DNA of 49,653 nucleotides, taken from the NCBI GenBank assembly GCA_043799545.1, contig JAZDNO010000021.1, positions 1 through 49,653 on the forward strand, written 5' to 3'. Position 1 is the first letter of the stretch. Each line of letters begins with the position of its first letter. The position numbers and the translations under genes were made by a program. Under the pieces are notes generated by a model. The model searched no databases. It was not told the DNA's origin and saw only the letters and a list, made by a program, of their open reading frames with translations. This document shows positions 18,651 to 27,055 of the stretch, piece after piece. Source of the DNA: Methanobacteriota archaeon. Its GTDB lineage: Archaea; Thermoplasmatota; Thermoplasmata; SG8-5; DAIRED01.

Positions 18651-19349
18651 TTACAATAAATTGTATAATTCGGCCCTTCGGGTCATCGAGTTCTCGAAAG
18701 GTCTCGATGGGACAGTCAGGCTGTAATCCCCTGAATGTGCCGCGAAACCGTAATCGACGGAGCCGTCCTTCAAGGGGTTCGCTTGGCATTTGACAGCGCC
18801 CTGATGGCACAGTTTTACCAGGACAGCTTTATGCGCATCGTAACCGCAGTCGATTGCCTTTGAAAGCGCCTTGAGTCCCGTGCCGGGATACAGGCGGTTC
18901 GTTTTGCCGTCTCCGACCATAGACACGAGTTCCGCGTCTGCGAGCAGCTCGATTGATGATTTGGAGCGGTAAGCCACAGAACAACCAGGCTTGGTCATCG
19001 ATGCCCAGATTATCGAGGCTCCCGCCTTGCCCGACACGAGCAGGAGAAGTCCCACCGTATGGATGTCTGCGACGGCCGCCGCCGGCGAATAGTGTAAGGT
19101 GCCGTCGAAATCCCATATTTCCACGAAACCCTCGCGCGCAAGAACTGTGAGGTGCCAACGCGACGCCTTTCTCGTCAGTCCGCTGAGGCGCGAAACGGTC
19201 CCGGACCTCGCGATGACCAGTTCAATCACCGACTGGTAAACCGCCAGGCGGTTCGGGTTCGTGAGCGCGAACTCACCAGCATGGCCGCCTCGAGGCTCAT
19301 GGGCATCGTCGACTATGCGCTTCAGCGATTCGCCAATCTTCGGGGACAT
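18651..19349 (-). CDS. Double winged-helix (ArsR/MarR-like) regulator, apparently diverged
   Basis: LTNPNRLAVYQSV..VSRLSGLTRKASRWHLTVLAREGFV. It starts 7 nt after the KaiC-like stop, behind a GGAG RBS. Confidence 0.6.
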   Translation of the reverse strand: MSPKIGESLKRIVDDAHEPRGGHAGEFALTNPNRLAVYQSVIELVIARSGTVSRLSGLTRKASRWHLTVLAREGFVEIWDFDGTLHYSPAAAVADIHTVGLLLLVSGKAGASIIWASMTKPGCSVAYRSKSSIELLADAELVSMVGDGKTNRLYPGTGLKALSKAIDCGYDAHKAVLVKLCHQGAVKCQANPLKDGSVDYGFAAHSGDYSLTVPSRPFENSMTRRAELYNLL

Positions 19350-19356
19350 GGGGCTC

Positions 19357-20259
19357 CTACTGGATGCCGTACTCCTCGAGGATGTTCGCCAGCGCCATGT
19401 TCACGTCGACGTCCCCCAGCTCCTCGGCTGCGAGGATGTCGAGCGTGTGCTTCAAACCAGCCCTCGCCTTGGCGTCCAGACGGTCCATGCGCTCGCGCTG
19501 GGCTGCGTTCAGCTTCCTCTCCAGCAGCTTCGCGAGGTCAACCTTCATCCTCGGTTTTGCAGTCCCTTCCTGAGAATTCTCTATGAGGATGCCGGCGCCG
19601 CGGACTATCCTGTATGGGTGCCAGAACTTGCTGTGCCTGCTGCTCCTGCACTTGATTATCTTCATCTCCCTCGTCTCGGGGCTCTCGTGGCTCTTGTACC
19701 TCAGGTGGATGACGTTGTCCGCGAGGTACATCGGTATCACCAGCTCCGGCGAAGACAGGTCGGATGTCACCCCGTGCTCCTCGAGCGTGCACAGGACCGT
19801 CCCTATCTTCCTCGTCTCCCTGAGGAAGTACGAAACCAGCTCGCGCTGCTCGTATTTCTCCTTGACCGACCATAGAACGGGGGTGAGCGGGTCGATGACT
19901 ATGCGCGCGCCGTGACCCTTCCAGTCCTCCACGAAGTTCGCCAGCTCCTTGCGTATGAAGTTGGAGAACTGCTTGCCGCTGGCATCGACGAAGACCATGG
20001 AGCCCTCGTCGATGTACTTGTCGACCTCCTCCCAGCCCATCTCCCTGACCTCTTTGATTATCTGGTCGGGCGACTCGTCTAGCGTGATGAAGATGGCGTC
20101 CTCGCCGTCCTCGAGCCCCCGCTTTAAAAAGTATGTGGCGAACGTCGTCTTGCCCGCGCCCGACGAGCCAATCACGGCCGTGACCGTGTTCTCGTTGATG
20201 CCTCCGTCTATCAGCTGGTTGAGCCCGTACACGCCGCTACGTATCTTGCGCATCGCCAT
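19357..20259 (-). CDS. Single-domain KaiC/RAD55-like RecA-superfamily ATPase
   Basis: SGVYGLNQLIDGG, Walker A GSSGAGKT, ITLDES, RIVIDP, YLADNVIHL, IIKCRSS. Confidence 0.9.
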   Translation of the reverse strand: MAMRKIRSGVYGLNQLIDGGINENTVTAVIGSSGAGKTTFATYFLKRGLEDGEDAIFITLDESPDQIIKEVREMGWEEVDKYIDEGSMVFVDASGKQFSNFIRKELANFVEDWKGHGARIVIDPLTPVLWSVKEKYEQRELVSYFLRETRKIGTVLCTLEEHGVTSDLSSPELVIPMYLADNVIHLRYKSHESPETREMKIIKCRSSRHSKFWHPYRIVRGAGILIENSQEGTAKPRMKVDLAKLLERKLNAAQRERMDRLDAKARAGLKHTLDILAAEELGDVDVNMALANILEEYGIQ

Positions 20260-20271
20260 TTGGCGGCTCCC

Positions 20272-20487
20272 TCACCACGATAGGCGGTCGAGCGTCCGCT
20301 CTTCCTTCGTGGCCTTCTTGAACTGCCTGTAGTGCTCCTTGCAGAGATGGGCGGTCTTGCCGTCGCCTCCGATTTCGAGACCCAGCGCCCCCTTCACTTT
20401 ACCCGTGTGGAGGGATCTCACCGAAATCTCAGTGCAATCGGATATGTCGCACTTCTCCGTATTGGCCTTGGGCTTGGGATGACTCAT
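20272..20487 (-). CDS. Small zinc-finger-like protein
   Basis: C-x4-C near the N-terminus and LCKEHY near the C-terminus. It ends 12 nt upstream of the KaiC-like gene. Confidence 0.7.
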   Translation of the reverse strand: MSHPKPKANTEKCDISDCTEISVRSLHTGKVKGALGLEIGGDGKTAHLCKEHYRQFKKATKEERTLDRLSW

Positions 20488-20699
20488 GGGCCAGAAAACG
20501 AGGTGTGGCTATATAATCGTTTGGAGGGCGAGCTGATTTGGTTTTTCGGGGTTTAAGTGGGATTGTTGGTCCAGAAAATCTAATGGCTCAAGGATTAGTA
20601 AATGTAGTTCTTGAGCCAGATACGGCCTAACTCCTTGTTCGGAAAATGACGGAGGCCGGTAGTCCTATCCCGTCGGGCTCGGTTTTCAAAATAAATCCA

Positions 20700-20771
20700 T
20701 GCGCCCGACGGGATTCGAACCCGTGTAGCAAGCTTGGGAAGCTTGAATCCTAACCACTGGATTACGGGCGC
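20700..20771 (-). tRNA. tRNA-Gly: tRNA-Gly (anticodon CCC), no intron, CCA not encoded
   Basis: Acceptor stem GCGCCCG/CGGGCGC, anticodon arm CAAGC-TTCCCAA-GCTTG, 4-nt variable loop, T-arm ACGGG-TTCGAAT-CCCGT. Confidence 0.95.
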
Positions 20772-20804
20772 GCGGCGCGAAATCTGTGGGTTTTGCGAAG
20801 GGTT

Positions 20805-21074
20805 TTATTTCTTTATTGTGGCGTTGATTTGTTCAAGATTGCTTATCAGGCTCCAGACGAGCGTCCTGCCGTGGAGCGGGATGTTGGGGTCGTTCGCAAG
20901 GTCGTCGAGCGTGTATATCGCGCTCGCGAGCCTCACGTCGAGAGGCTGGCCCGGTTTCGTCAGGTGCTCTTTGGCGCCCGCCGCCCCCCGGCGGATGTTC
21001 CTCGGGACCGAGTTGTCTTCGGCTAGCTGTTCCAGGTTCTTGATGACTGGCTGGAGTTTGTCTTCGTCGCCCAT
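20805..21074 (-). CDS. UPF0147 family protein
   Basis: LAEDNSVPRNIRR..LDDLANDPNIPLHGRTLVW. Confidence 0.9.
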   Translation of the reverse strand: MGDEDKLQPVIKNLEQLAEDNSVPRNIRRGAAGAKEHLTKPGQPLDVRLASAIYTLDDLANDPNIPLHGRTLVWSLISNLEQINATIKK

Positions 21075-21091
21075 TTGTATCCCCCCGCCAC

Positions 21092-21424
21092 TCAGCTCTC
21101 CCCCTTTGCGTCCAGGATTGCCTTTCCGGCTTCCTTGAAAGTCGTCACGACCATCTGGGTCTTCGTGTCCTTTATGCCGCTGATTCCGGCGAGCGATTCC
21201 AGGACGAACCCCTTCAGCTCCTTGTAATTTGCGAATTTGACCTTGCAGATGATGTCAACGTCCCCCGTGACCATGAAGACGTCCTCTACCTTATCGAATT
21301 GCGTGACCTTCTTCGCAACGGCGTCGGCCTCCTTCGTGTCCACCTTCAGCATTATTATCGCCGATACCTGTTCGTCTCCATAGTAGCGGGATATCACCTT
21401 CTCGTACTCCTCGTTCTTGTTCAC
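21092..21424 (-). CDS. Lrp/AsnC ligand-binding (RAM) domain protein without an HTH
   Basis: SAIIMLKV..DVFMVTGDVDIICKV..IKDTKT. GTG start 21424 follows a GGAGGT RBS. Confidence 0.85.
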   Translation of the reverse strand: MNKNEEYEKVISRYYGDEQVSAIIMLKVDTKEADAVAKKVTQFDKVEDVFMVTGDVDIICKVKFANYKELKGFVLESLAGISGIKDTKTQMVVTTFKEAGKAILDAKGES

Positions 21425-21535
21425 GTTAGCACCTCCAAGCTCCAACAGTCTATTCAAGGTGAAGATGGGCAGGGATATAATATTTTTGTGCAAGGATTAA
21501 TAAATTTGTGGCGCTTACTCAACGATGGTGTAAAA

Positions 21536-22669
21536 ATGGATTCGAAGGCAAAGTTCGGCGACATCATCCAGACCAACCGGGAGTTGTCCTCCGCCGCGCG
21601 GGTGGCTGTGAAGGAGGTCCTCGACGTGAAAAAGGGAGAGAGGGTCCTGATTGTCACCAATCCGGAGATGAACGTGAGCAACATCTCGATGGCCGTGTAC
21701 GACGCCGTGATAGATGCGAAGGGGGTGCCAGTGCTGTGCGTCCAGCCTTACAAGACCCAGCTCGACTTCGCAGAGCCCTCGGTCGTCAAGGCGATCGAGT
21801 CCAACCCGGACATTGCCATATCGCTGAGCGCCGAGAAGCTGGGCAAGGACGGGGCGGCGATGGCAAATCCGCACAAAGCCGGTGACAAAACATACGACAA
21901 CACGTTCAGTTACCTGATGGCGGTGAAGAAGATGCGCTCGTTCTGGTCTCCTAGCGTGACGATGGAGATGTTCGCGAAGACCGTGCCAATCGATTACCGG
22001 GCCCTCAGGCACGACTGCAAGAACCTCAAGGAGTCCCTGGACAAGGCGATTTCGGCGAGGATAACCACCAAGGCGGGAACGGACATAACAATCGGTTTGA
22101 ATGGCCGGCTCACCCATGTGGACGACGGGGATTTCAGGAGGCCGGGCACTGGCGGGAACCTTCCGGCGGGCGAAGTCTACATTTCGCCCGAGCTTGGGAA
22201 ATCCAAAGGGACGATTGTCTTCGACGGCAGCATCTCCGTCACGAACGGCGATGTAGTTACTAAAGAGCCAGTCGTCGTAACTGTGGAAGGTGGATTTGTA
22301 ACCACGATAGAGGGCGGACGCGAAGCCGACGCCTTGAGAGAGGCGATAGAAAACGGGGAGAAGAGCCCCGGCGTGTGGGCGAGCGAGGGCAAGATTGCCT
22401 CCAACCTGGTGGCCGAGTACAAGCGCAACGCGAGAAACCTCGGCGAGCTCGGCATAGGCCTGAACAGGGCCGCGGAGATAATCGGGAACATGCTCGAGGA
22501 CGAGAAGGTCTACTCTACCTGCCACATAGCTATAGGCTCGAATTACGACGACGACGCCAACGCGATGACGCACCTGGACTGCCTTGTGAAAAAGCCGACA
22601 ATCGAGCTTGCGTACTCTAATGGCGCGAAGAAGACGGTCATGGAAGCTGGCGCGCTGGTGTCCCGCTAG
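21536..22669 (+). CDS. Thermophilic metalloprotease (M29) family aminopeptidase
   Basis: GNLPAGEVYI, GELGIGLN, EDEKVYSTCHIAIGSN, HLDC. Start moved to ATG 21536. Confidence 0.88.
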   Translation: MDSKAKFGDIIQTNRELSSAARVAVKEVLDVKKGERVLIVTNPEMNVSNISMAVYDAVIDAKGVPVLCVQPYKTQLDFAEPSVVKAIESNPDIAISLSAEKLGKDGAAMANPHKAGDKTYDNTFSYLMAVKKMRSFWSPSVTMEMFAKTVPIDYRALRHDCKNLKESLDKAISARITTKAGTDITIGLNGRLTHVDDGDFRRPGTGGNLPAGEVYISPELGKSKGTIVFDGSISVTNGDVVTKEPVVVTVEGGFVTTIEGGREADALREAIENGEKSPGVWASEGKIASNLVAEYKRNARNLGELGIGLNRAAEIIGNMLEDEKVYSTCHIAIGSNYDDDANAMTHLDCLVKKPTIELAYSNGAKKTVMEAGALVSR

Positions 22670-22833
22670 CTGGTGGACTCGAACTCTTCCTGGAGGTCGA
22701 TTATGACTTGTTCAAGAACCTCTTCGAAAGACGCGCTCCTGTACTCCCTTACCCCGCCGAGCTCGCTCTGCACCTTTGCGATGAATGAGGTCGGTCCCTT
22801 CAAAAATTCGACGTTGCAGATTGTTTCCTCCAA
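22666..22833 (-). CDS. Small acidic conserved hypothetical protein (55 aa)
   Basis: TTG start after a GGGGTG RBS; MEETICNVEF..FEEVLEQVIIDLQEEFESTS. The longer ORF-track call overlaps the opposite-strand gene. Confidence 0.6.
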   Translation of the reverse strand: MEETICNVEFLKGPTSFIAKVQSELGGVREYRSASFEEVLEQVIIDLQEEFESTS

Positions 22834-22895
22834 GTTGGCACCCCACTTATGTTCGAGGGTATGCGCATGCCCTATATAACATTTCCCGGAGGAGC

Positions 22896-24014
22896 ATGAC
22901 AAAATATTTGCGAAAGGGCGACCCGAAAGGATGCAAGGCTGCGATAGTAGTTCCGTTCCACGGCGAGAGGTTCCTGCTGGTAAAGGGCAGGGGGGGATGG
23001 GAGTTCCCAGGTGGGAAAATCGAGGCGGGCGAGAGCTCGGAATCGGCCGCCCGGAGGGAAATGGCCGAGGAAACCCATCTTTCTCCGAAACGGCTGAGAT
23101 TCGTCTGCCTGGGCGGTCCGCATGGGGAGTGCGCGGTCTACACGTGCGAGCTTGATGTAATCCCACCTATCGGAGAGCTTTTCGCAAAGCCTCCACGGAG
23201 GCTCGCCTTCGGGTTTGCGGAGTTCAGGGAGTTGCTGGGTGCTGCCTGGCGCGCCAGGACGGACTACGACGAAGTTTCCGGTTACTTCGACTCCGTGAGA
23301 GGGACGGCAAGCGGTCCAATCGATGTCTGGGCGGACAAGGCCTTCGGGCTGCTCGGAAGCCCCGCGGGCAAGCTCGTCGCCGACATAGGCTGCGGGTCGG
23401 GAAAGTACGCCAGGAGCCTTTCAGACCGCGGTTGCGTGGTTGTTGGCGTAGACATGTCTGGCGGGATGCTGGCAGAGGCTGCCAAAAAGGGTCGGAACAC
23501 GGGATGCCATTGGGCCAGGGGCGACGCGCAGTCATTGCCATTGAAACCAGGAAGCGCGGATTGCGCGCTCATGTTCCTGGTGGTTCATCACGTTCCCATA
23601 TGGCAAGAGGCGATATCCGAATGCGCGCGGCTCCTCAAGCCTGGCGGCACGGTATTGCTCGTCATGACCAGCCGGTCGAGGATAAGGAAACACCTGATCC
23701 GGTTCTTCCCGGGGGCGGCGGAGATCGACCTGGGGAGGTTCCAGGGCCTTCGGGAGATGCGGGGAGAGCTTTCGAGGAACGGCTTCTGCGGCATCGGAGT
23801 CGAACGGGTCCTTGTGCATAGAGGGATGGTGGGCGTAGACGAGATGGTTGGCAGGTATCGCAACAGGCATCTTTCCACCCTTTCCCTCGTGCCGAGAGCG
23901 GAGTTCGCCGTGCGGCTCGTTGCTTTCGAACAGAGGTTGAGGAGGCGTTACGGACCAGAAGTTCCCGACGAGACCGAGCTTTGCTTCATCTCGGGACAGC
24001 TATCCAATTTATAG
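22896..24014 (+). CDS. NUDIX hydrolase / class I SAM-dependent methyltransferase fusion
   Basis: Nudix box GGKIEAGESSESAARREMAEET; SAM motif VADIGCGSG, GVDMSGGML, GDAQSLP. GGAGGA RBS before ATG 22896. Confidence 0.85.
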   Translation: MTKYLRKGDPKGCKAAIVVPFHGERFLLVKGRGGWEFPGGKIEAGESSESAARREMAEETHLSPKRLRFVCLGGPHGECAVYTCELDVIPPIGELFAKPPRRLAFGFAEFRELLGAAWRARTDYDEVSGYFDSVRGTASGPIDVWADKAFGLLGSPAGKLVADIGCGSGKYARSLSDRGCVVVGVDMSGGMLAEAAKKGRNTGCHWARGDAQSLPLKPGSADCALMFLVVHHVPIWQEAISECARLLKPGGTVLLVMTSRSRIRKHLIRFFPGAAEIDLGRFQGLREMRGELSRNGFCGIGVERVLVHRGMVGVDEMVGRYRNRHLSTLSLVPRAEFAVRLVAFEQRLRRRYGPEVPDETELCFISGQLSNL

Positions 24015-24083
24015 AAAACGATATAAATGCGTTGTCAGATACAGTGAACAGCAGCCTGACGATGGTGGTGGAACATCTCTTCA

Positions 24084-24476
24084 TTGGAGCAGACCGAAGA
24101 TGTAATCGGGGCATGCCCCACGTGCGGAGAGGCCATTCCCGATGGCGCCGCAGAATGCCCGAAATGCGGGGAGGCGCTGGCAGCCGAGGTTGCGGACGAG
24201 CCAGAAATCGAAAAGGCAAAGAGCGGAAGGAACTACCTTTTCTGGACCGGGCTCATCCTCGTCGTACTGGGCGGACCGGGAATAGCGGTTGGTTCGTGGC
24301 TGCACGACCTCCTGAAGATACCTATAGGCGGGGATGCATTCTCTGTCTTCGGTTGGCTCAACAGGCTGGTCGCGGCGGTAGGCACGATAATGCTCATCGT
24401 GGGCATGCTAATGCTCGTGGTTTCGATAGCCCGCCAGGCAGCGCCAGACGACGAAGAGGATGAAGAAGCGAAGTAA
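24084..24476 (+). CDS. Zinc-ribbon / 2-TM membrane protein
   Basis: One CPTC-x10-CPKC, a TM hairpin and an acidic tail. TTG start. Confidence 0.8.
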   Translation: MEQTEDVIGACPTCGEAIPDGAAECPKCGEALAAEVADEPEIEKAKSGRNYLFWTGLILVVLGGPGIAVGSWLHDLLKIPIGGDAFSVFGWLNRLVAAVGTIMLIVGMLMLVVSIARQAAPDDEEDEEAK

Positions 24477-24479
24477 GGG

Positions 24480-25595
24480 GTGATTGGCATCGGCGATAAG
24501 GTAGAGGGAGGCGAGGAATACGTTTGCCCTTCGTGCGGCAGCGTCATAGAGAAGGATTCATCCCAATGCCCGATTTGCGGCGAGAGCTTCTCCCAGGAGC
24601 CCCTCCAACCCAACGGTACCGAGGCAAATGAGCCATCGCTCGCCGTGCCGAACGCCTGCGAGGGATGCGGAAAGGAGCTGCCAGAAGGTGCGGCATCGTG
24701 CCCTGACTGCGGCGCGGCGGGGAAGGAGCCTTCGGAAATGCCGCAGGAGCAGGAGGACGTCTGCTGCCCCGTGTGCGGATCGAAGCACTACACGGTGGAA
24801 ACGGGCGACCTGGTCAAGTGCAACGATTGCGGAAACGCATACGCCCTGCCGAAGCCAGACGCTGAAGGGTTTTTCAAGAGCTGGAAATGGAAGTTCTGGA
24901 TCGGTCTCACGTTCATAGTCGTAGGCGATTTCGGGTTCGCTCTGGCATCGTATGTCCACAACGTCCTGAAGTGGACGTTCCTGGGCGACATGTACCTCGG
25001 GTACGGATGGATAGACAGCGCCCTCGGCATTCTCGGCATCGTCCTATTTGGCGTCGGGATACTCCTGTTCGCCTGGTCTTTCAAACGCGAGCGCGAGGTG
25101 AAATGCGATTCGTGCGGCGTTTACATCATGGACAGCGAGCTGATACCGACGCAGGAACCTACGACAGCGCCGACGGAGGATGCGGTCAAGGACGCCCTCA
25201 GCCAGATTGAGGAGGAACTCACGTGCCCGAATTGCCACAAGACCGTGACGCTCTTCGACGAGAAGTGCGACAGCTGCGGTCAGATTCTGGTCGAGCTGGC
25301 GACGCATGAGACCGAGCAAACGTTCGAGAGCGTGGGGCCGGAGAGTTCCCTGCCATCGCCGGAGGCGAACGGCAACGGTCGGAAATCGTACGAGGCTTTG
25401 GAATCCCTGGCGCAGGAACCTGAGATGGGGTCCAACGGAGACTCGGTCGAGAAATTCATATTGAAGGATTTGGAAGAGATCGAGTCGAAGAATGAAATCG
25501 ATGGCGTGGAGTGCCCGTCCTGCGGAATCGTCGCGGACGGGAACGCCACTGAATGCCCAGTTTGCGGGACAGAGCTGAAGGGGGGTAGCAAATGA
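24480..25595 (+). CDS. Multi-zinc-ribbon 2-TM membrane protein
   Basis: 4 CxxC-x10-CxxC ribbons, one with an x14 spacer and one lone CxxC, arranged around a TM hairpin homologous to that of the upstream gene. Confidence 0.85.
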   Translation: MIGIGDKVEGGEEYVCPSCGSVIEKDSSQCPICGESFSQEPLQPNGTEANEPSLAVPNACEGCGKELPEGAASCPDCGAAGKEPSEMPQEQEDVCCPVCGSKHYTVETGDLVKCNDCGNAYALPKPDAEGFFKSWKWKFWIGLTFIVVGDFGFALASYVHNVLKWTFLGDMYLGYGWIDSALGILGIVLFGVGILLFAWSFKREREVKCDSCGVYIMDSELIPTQEPTTAPTEDAVKDALSQIEEELTCPNCHKTVTLFDEKCDSCGQILVELATHETEQTFESVGPESSLPSPEANGNGRKSYEALESLAQEPEMGSNGDSVEKFILKDLEEIESKNEIDGVECPSCGIVADGNATECPVCGTELKGGSK

Positions 25596-27043
25596 GCGGC
25601 AAGAAAGATTGTCCGCTGTGCGGAACTTCCCTTCCCATCGAGGCGACAGAGTGCAGCACCTGCGGCGAGATGTTCGAAACGACTCCGCCTTCAACCATCG
25701 CGCCAGAGCAGCCGGCTGAGGTCGAGTGCCCTTCATGCATGTCCCTTGTGCCATCAGGCCTGGGGGAGTGCCCGATATGCGGGGACAAACTGCCTTCGTC
25801 GGCGCCGCCAGTGCCCACAATCGAACAGGCCGACGCGATATTCGAGGTCGCTGTACAAGACGCCACTCCCGCAGAGGCTCCATCCACGCCGGCGGCCAAG
25901 GAGTGCCCCGAATGCGGCACAGTGTCTGAGATTGATGCCATCGAATGCCCTGTATGCGGATTCAAATACGAATATGAGGAGCTATCCCTGCCAATCCAGC
26001 AAGCGCCGGCAGAGCCCGCGCCCATGGCTTTTACGCCGCCTCCAGCGATGCCCGCAAAGGAGGAGAAGAAGACGAAGTCCGGGCCAAAAAAGAAGGAAGC
26101 GCCTCCAAAGGCCAAATCCGCGCCTAAGGAGGAGGCGGTCGTAAAACCGGTTGCGGAGACCGCGCCGAAGGCAACTCTCCCCCAGGACATCCCGCAAAGC
26201 ACGATACGCTGCCCGGCGTGCGGCGAGAGCGTGAAAAGCGGAAGCGAGCAATGCCAGCTCTGTGGCGTTACAATCAGCGACTACGTCATTAAATGCCCTG
26301 GATGCGGCGCAACCGTACCGGCCATCGACGAGGTGTGCCCCGAGTGCTTCACGACGCTGAGGGAACCGGATGCGCCGATGGGAAAAACCATCCAACCACC
26401 CACAGTCCAGGCAGTTATGGACATCGACGTTTCCGGAACTATAGCGGGAGAAATACAGGACGCGTCCGAGGGCCGCGAATGCCTCGTGTGCGGGGCGTTG
26501 CTTGAGGAGACTTCAGAAAACTGCCCAGTATGCAGGCAGCCTTTCGGCACCACCCTGCCGCCCGAGGAGGAAGCCGACCAGCACTGGGAAGGCATCGGCA
26601 TCGAAATCCCCAAGGACTATTACAAGTGCCCGAATTGCGAGGCCGTCCTCTCGAACACAGAGCCGACGGATTGCGAGGCCGCGGAGCGCAAATGGTTCTA
26701 CAGGGCAATTATCGCCCTGTTCTCTGGCATCTTCATCTCGTCCGCGTCCATATGGGTGCGCGGAGTAACCCTGGAAAACGAGGCGCAGGGGTTGAGCCCG
26801 TTGCCGATGGACGCCGTCGTCAACATCGCGGGATGGATATTCGTCGTAATCGGCGCAATCTTCTGGGTGTTCTCATGGCGGGCGGCCGAAAGCGCGAAGA
26901 TGTGCCCGTCCTGCGGCTGCGAAGTCGCGAAGAACTCCACCGAGTGCCCTGAGTGCGGCGAGTGCTTCGACCTCCTGGAGGTGCAGGGCCTTGAGGGCGC
27001 AGAGCCGAACATGGAAGCGGGAGATAACGAGGAAGTTGCCTAA
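25592..27043 (+). CDS. Multi-zinc-ribbon 2-TM membrane protein with Pro/Glu/Lys-rich linkers
   Basis: 7 CxxC-x10-CxxC ribbons plus one lone CxxC, and a TM hairpin near the C-terminus. ATGA overlap with the upstream gene. Confidence 0.85.
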   Translation: MSGKKDCPLCGTSLPIEATECSTCGEMFETTPPSTIAPEQPAEVECPSCMSLVPSGLGECPICGDKLPSSAPPVPTIEQADAIFEVAVQDATPAEAPSTPAAKECPECGTVSEIDAIECPVCGFKYEYEELSLPIQQAPAEPAPMAFTPPPAMPAKEEKKTKSGPKKKEAPPKAKSAPKEEAVVKPVAETAPKATLPQDIPQSTIRCPACGESVKSGSEQCQLCGVTISDYVIKCPGCGATVPAIDEVCPECFTTLREPDAPMGKTIQPPTVQAVMDIDVSGTIAGEIQDASEGRECLVCGALLEETSENCPVCRQPFGTTLPPEEEADQHWEGIGIEIPKDYYKCPNCEAVLSNTEPTDCEAAERKWFYRAIIALFSGIFISSASIWVRGVTLENEAQGLSPLPMDAVVNIAGWIFVVIGAIFWVFSWRAAESAKMCPSCGCEVAKNSTECPECGECFDLLEVQGLEGAEPNMEAGDNEEVA

Positions 27044-27055
27044 GCTAAGAATCAT

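Noticed and set aside
20500-20800. Integrated mobile element at tRNA-Gly
   Set aside because: No integrase and no distal direct repeat of the tRNA 3' end were seen in the window; flanking genes look chromosomal.
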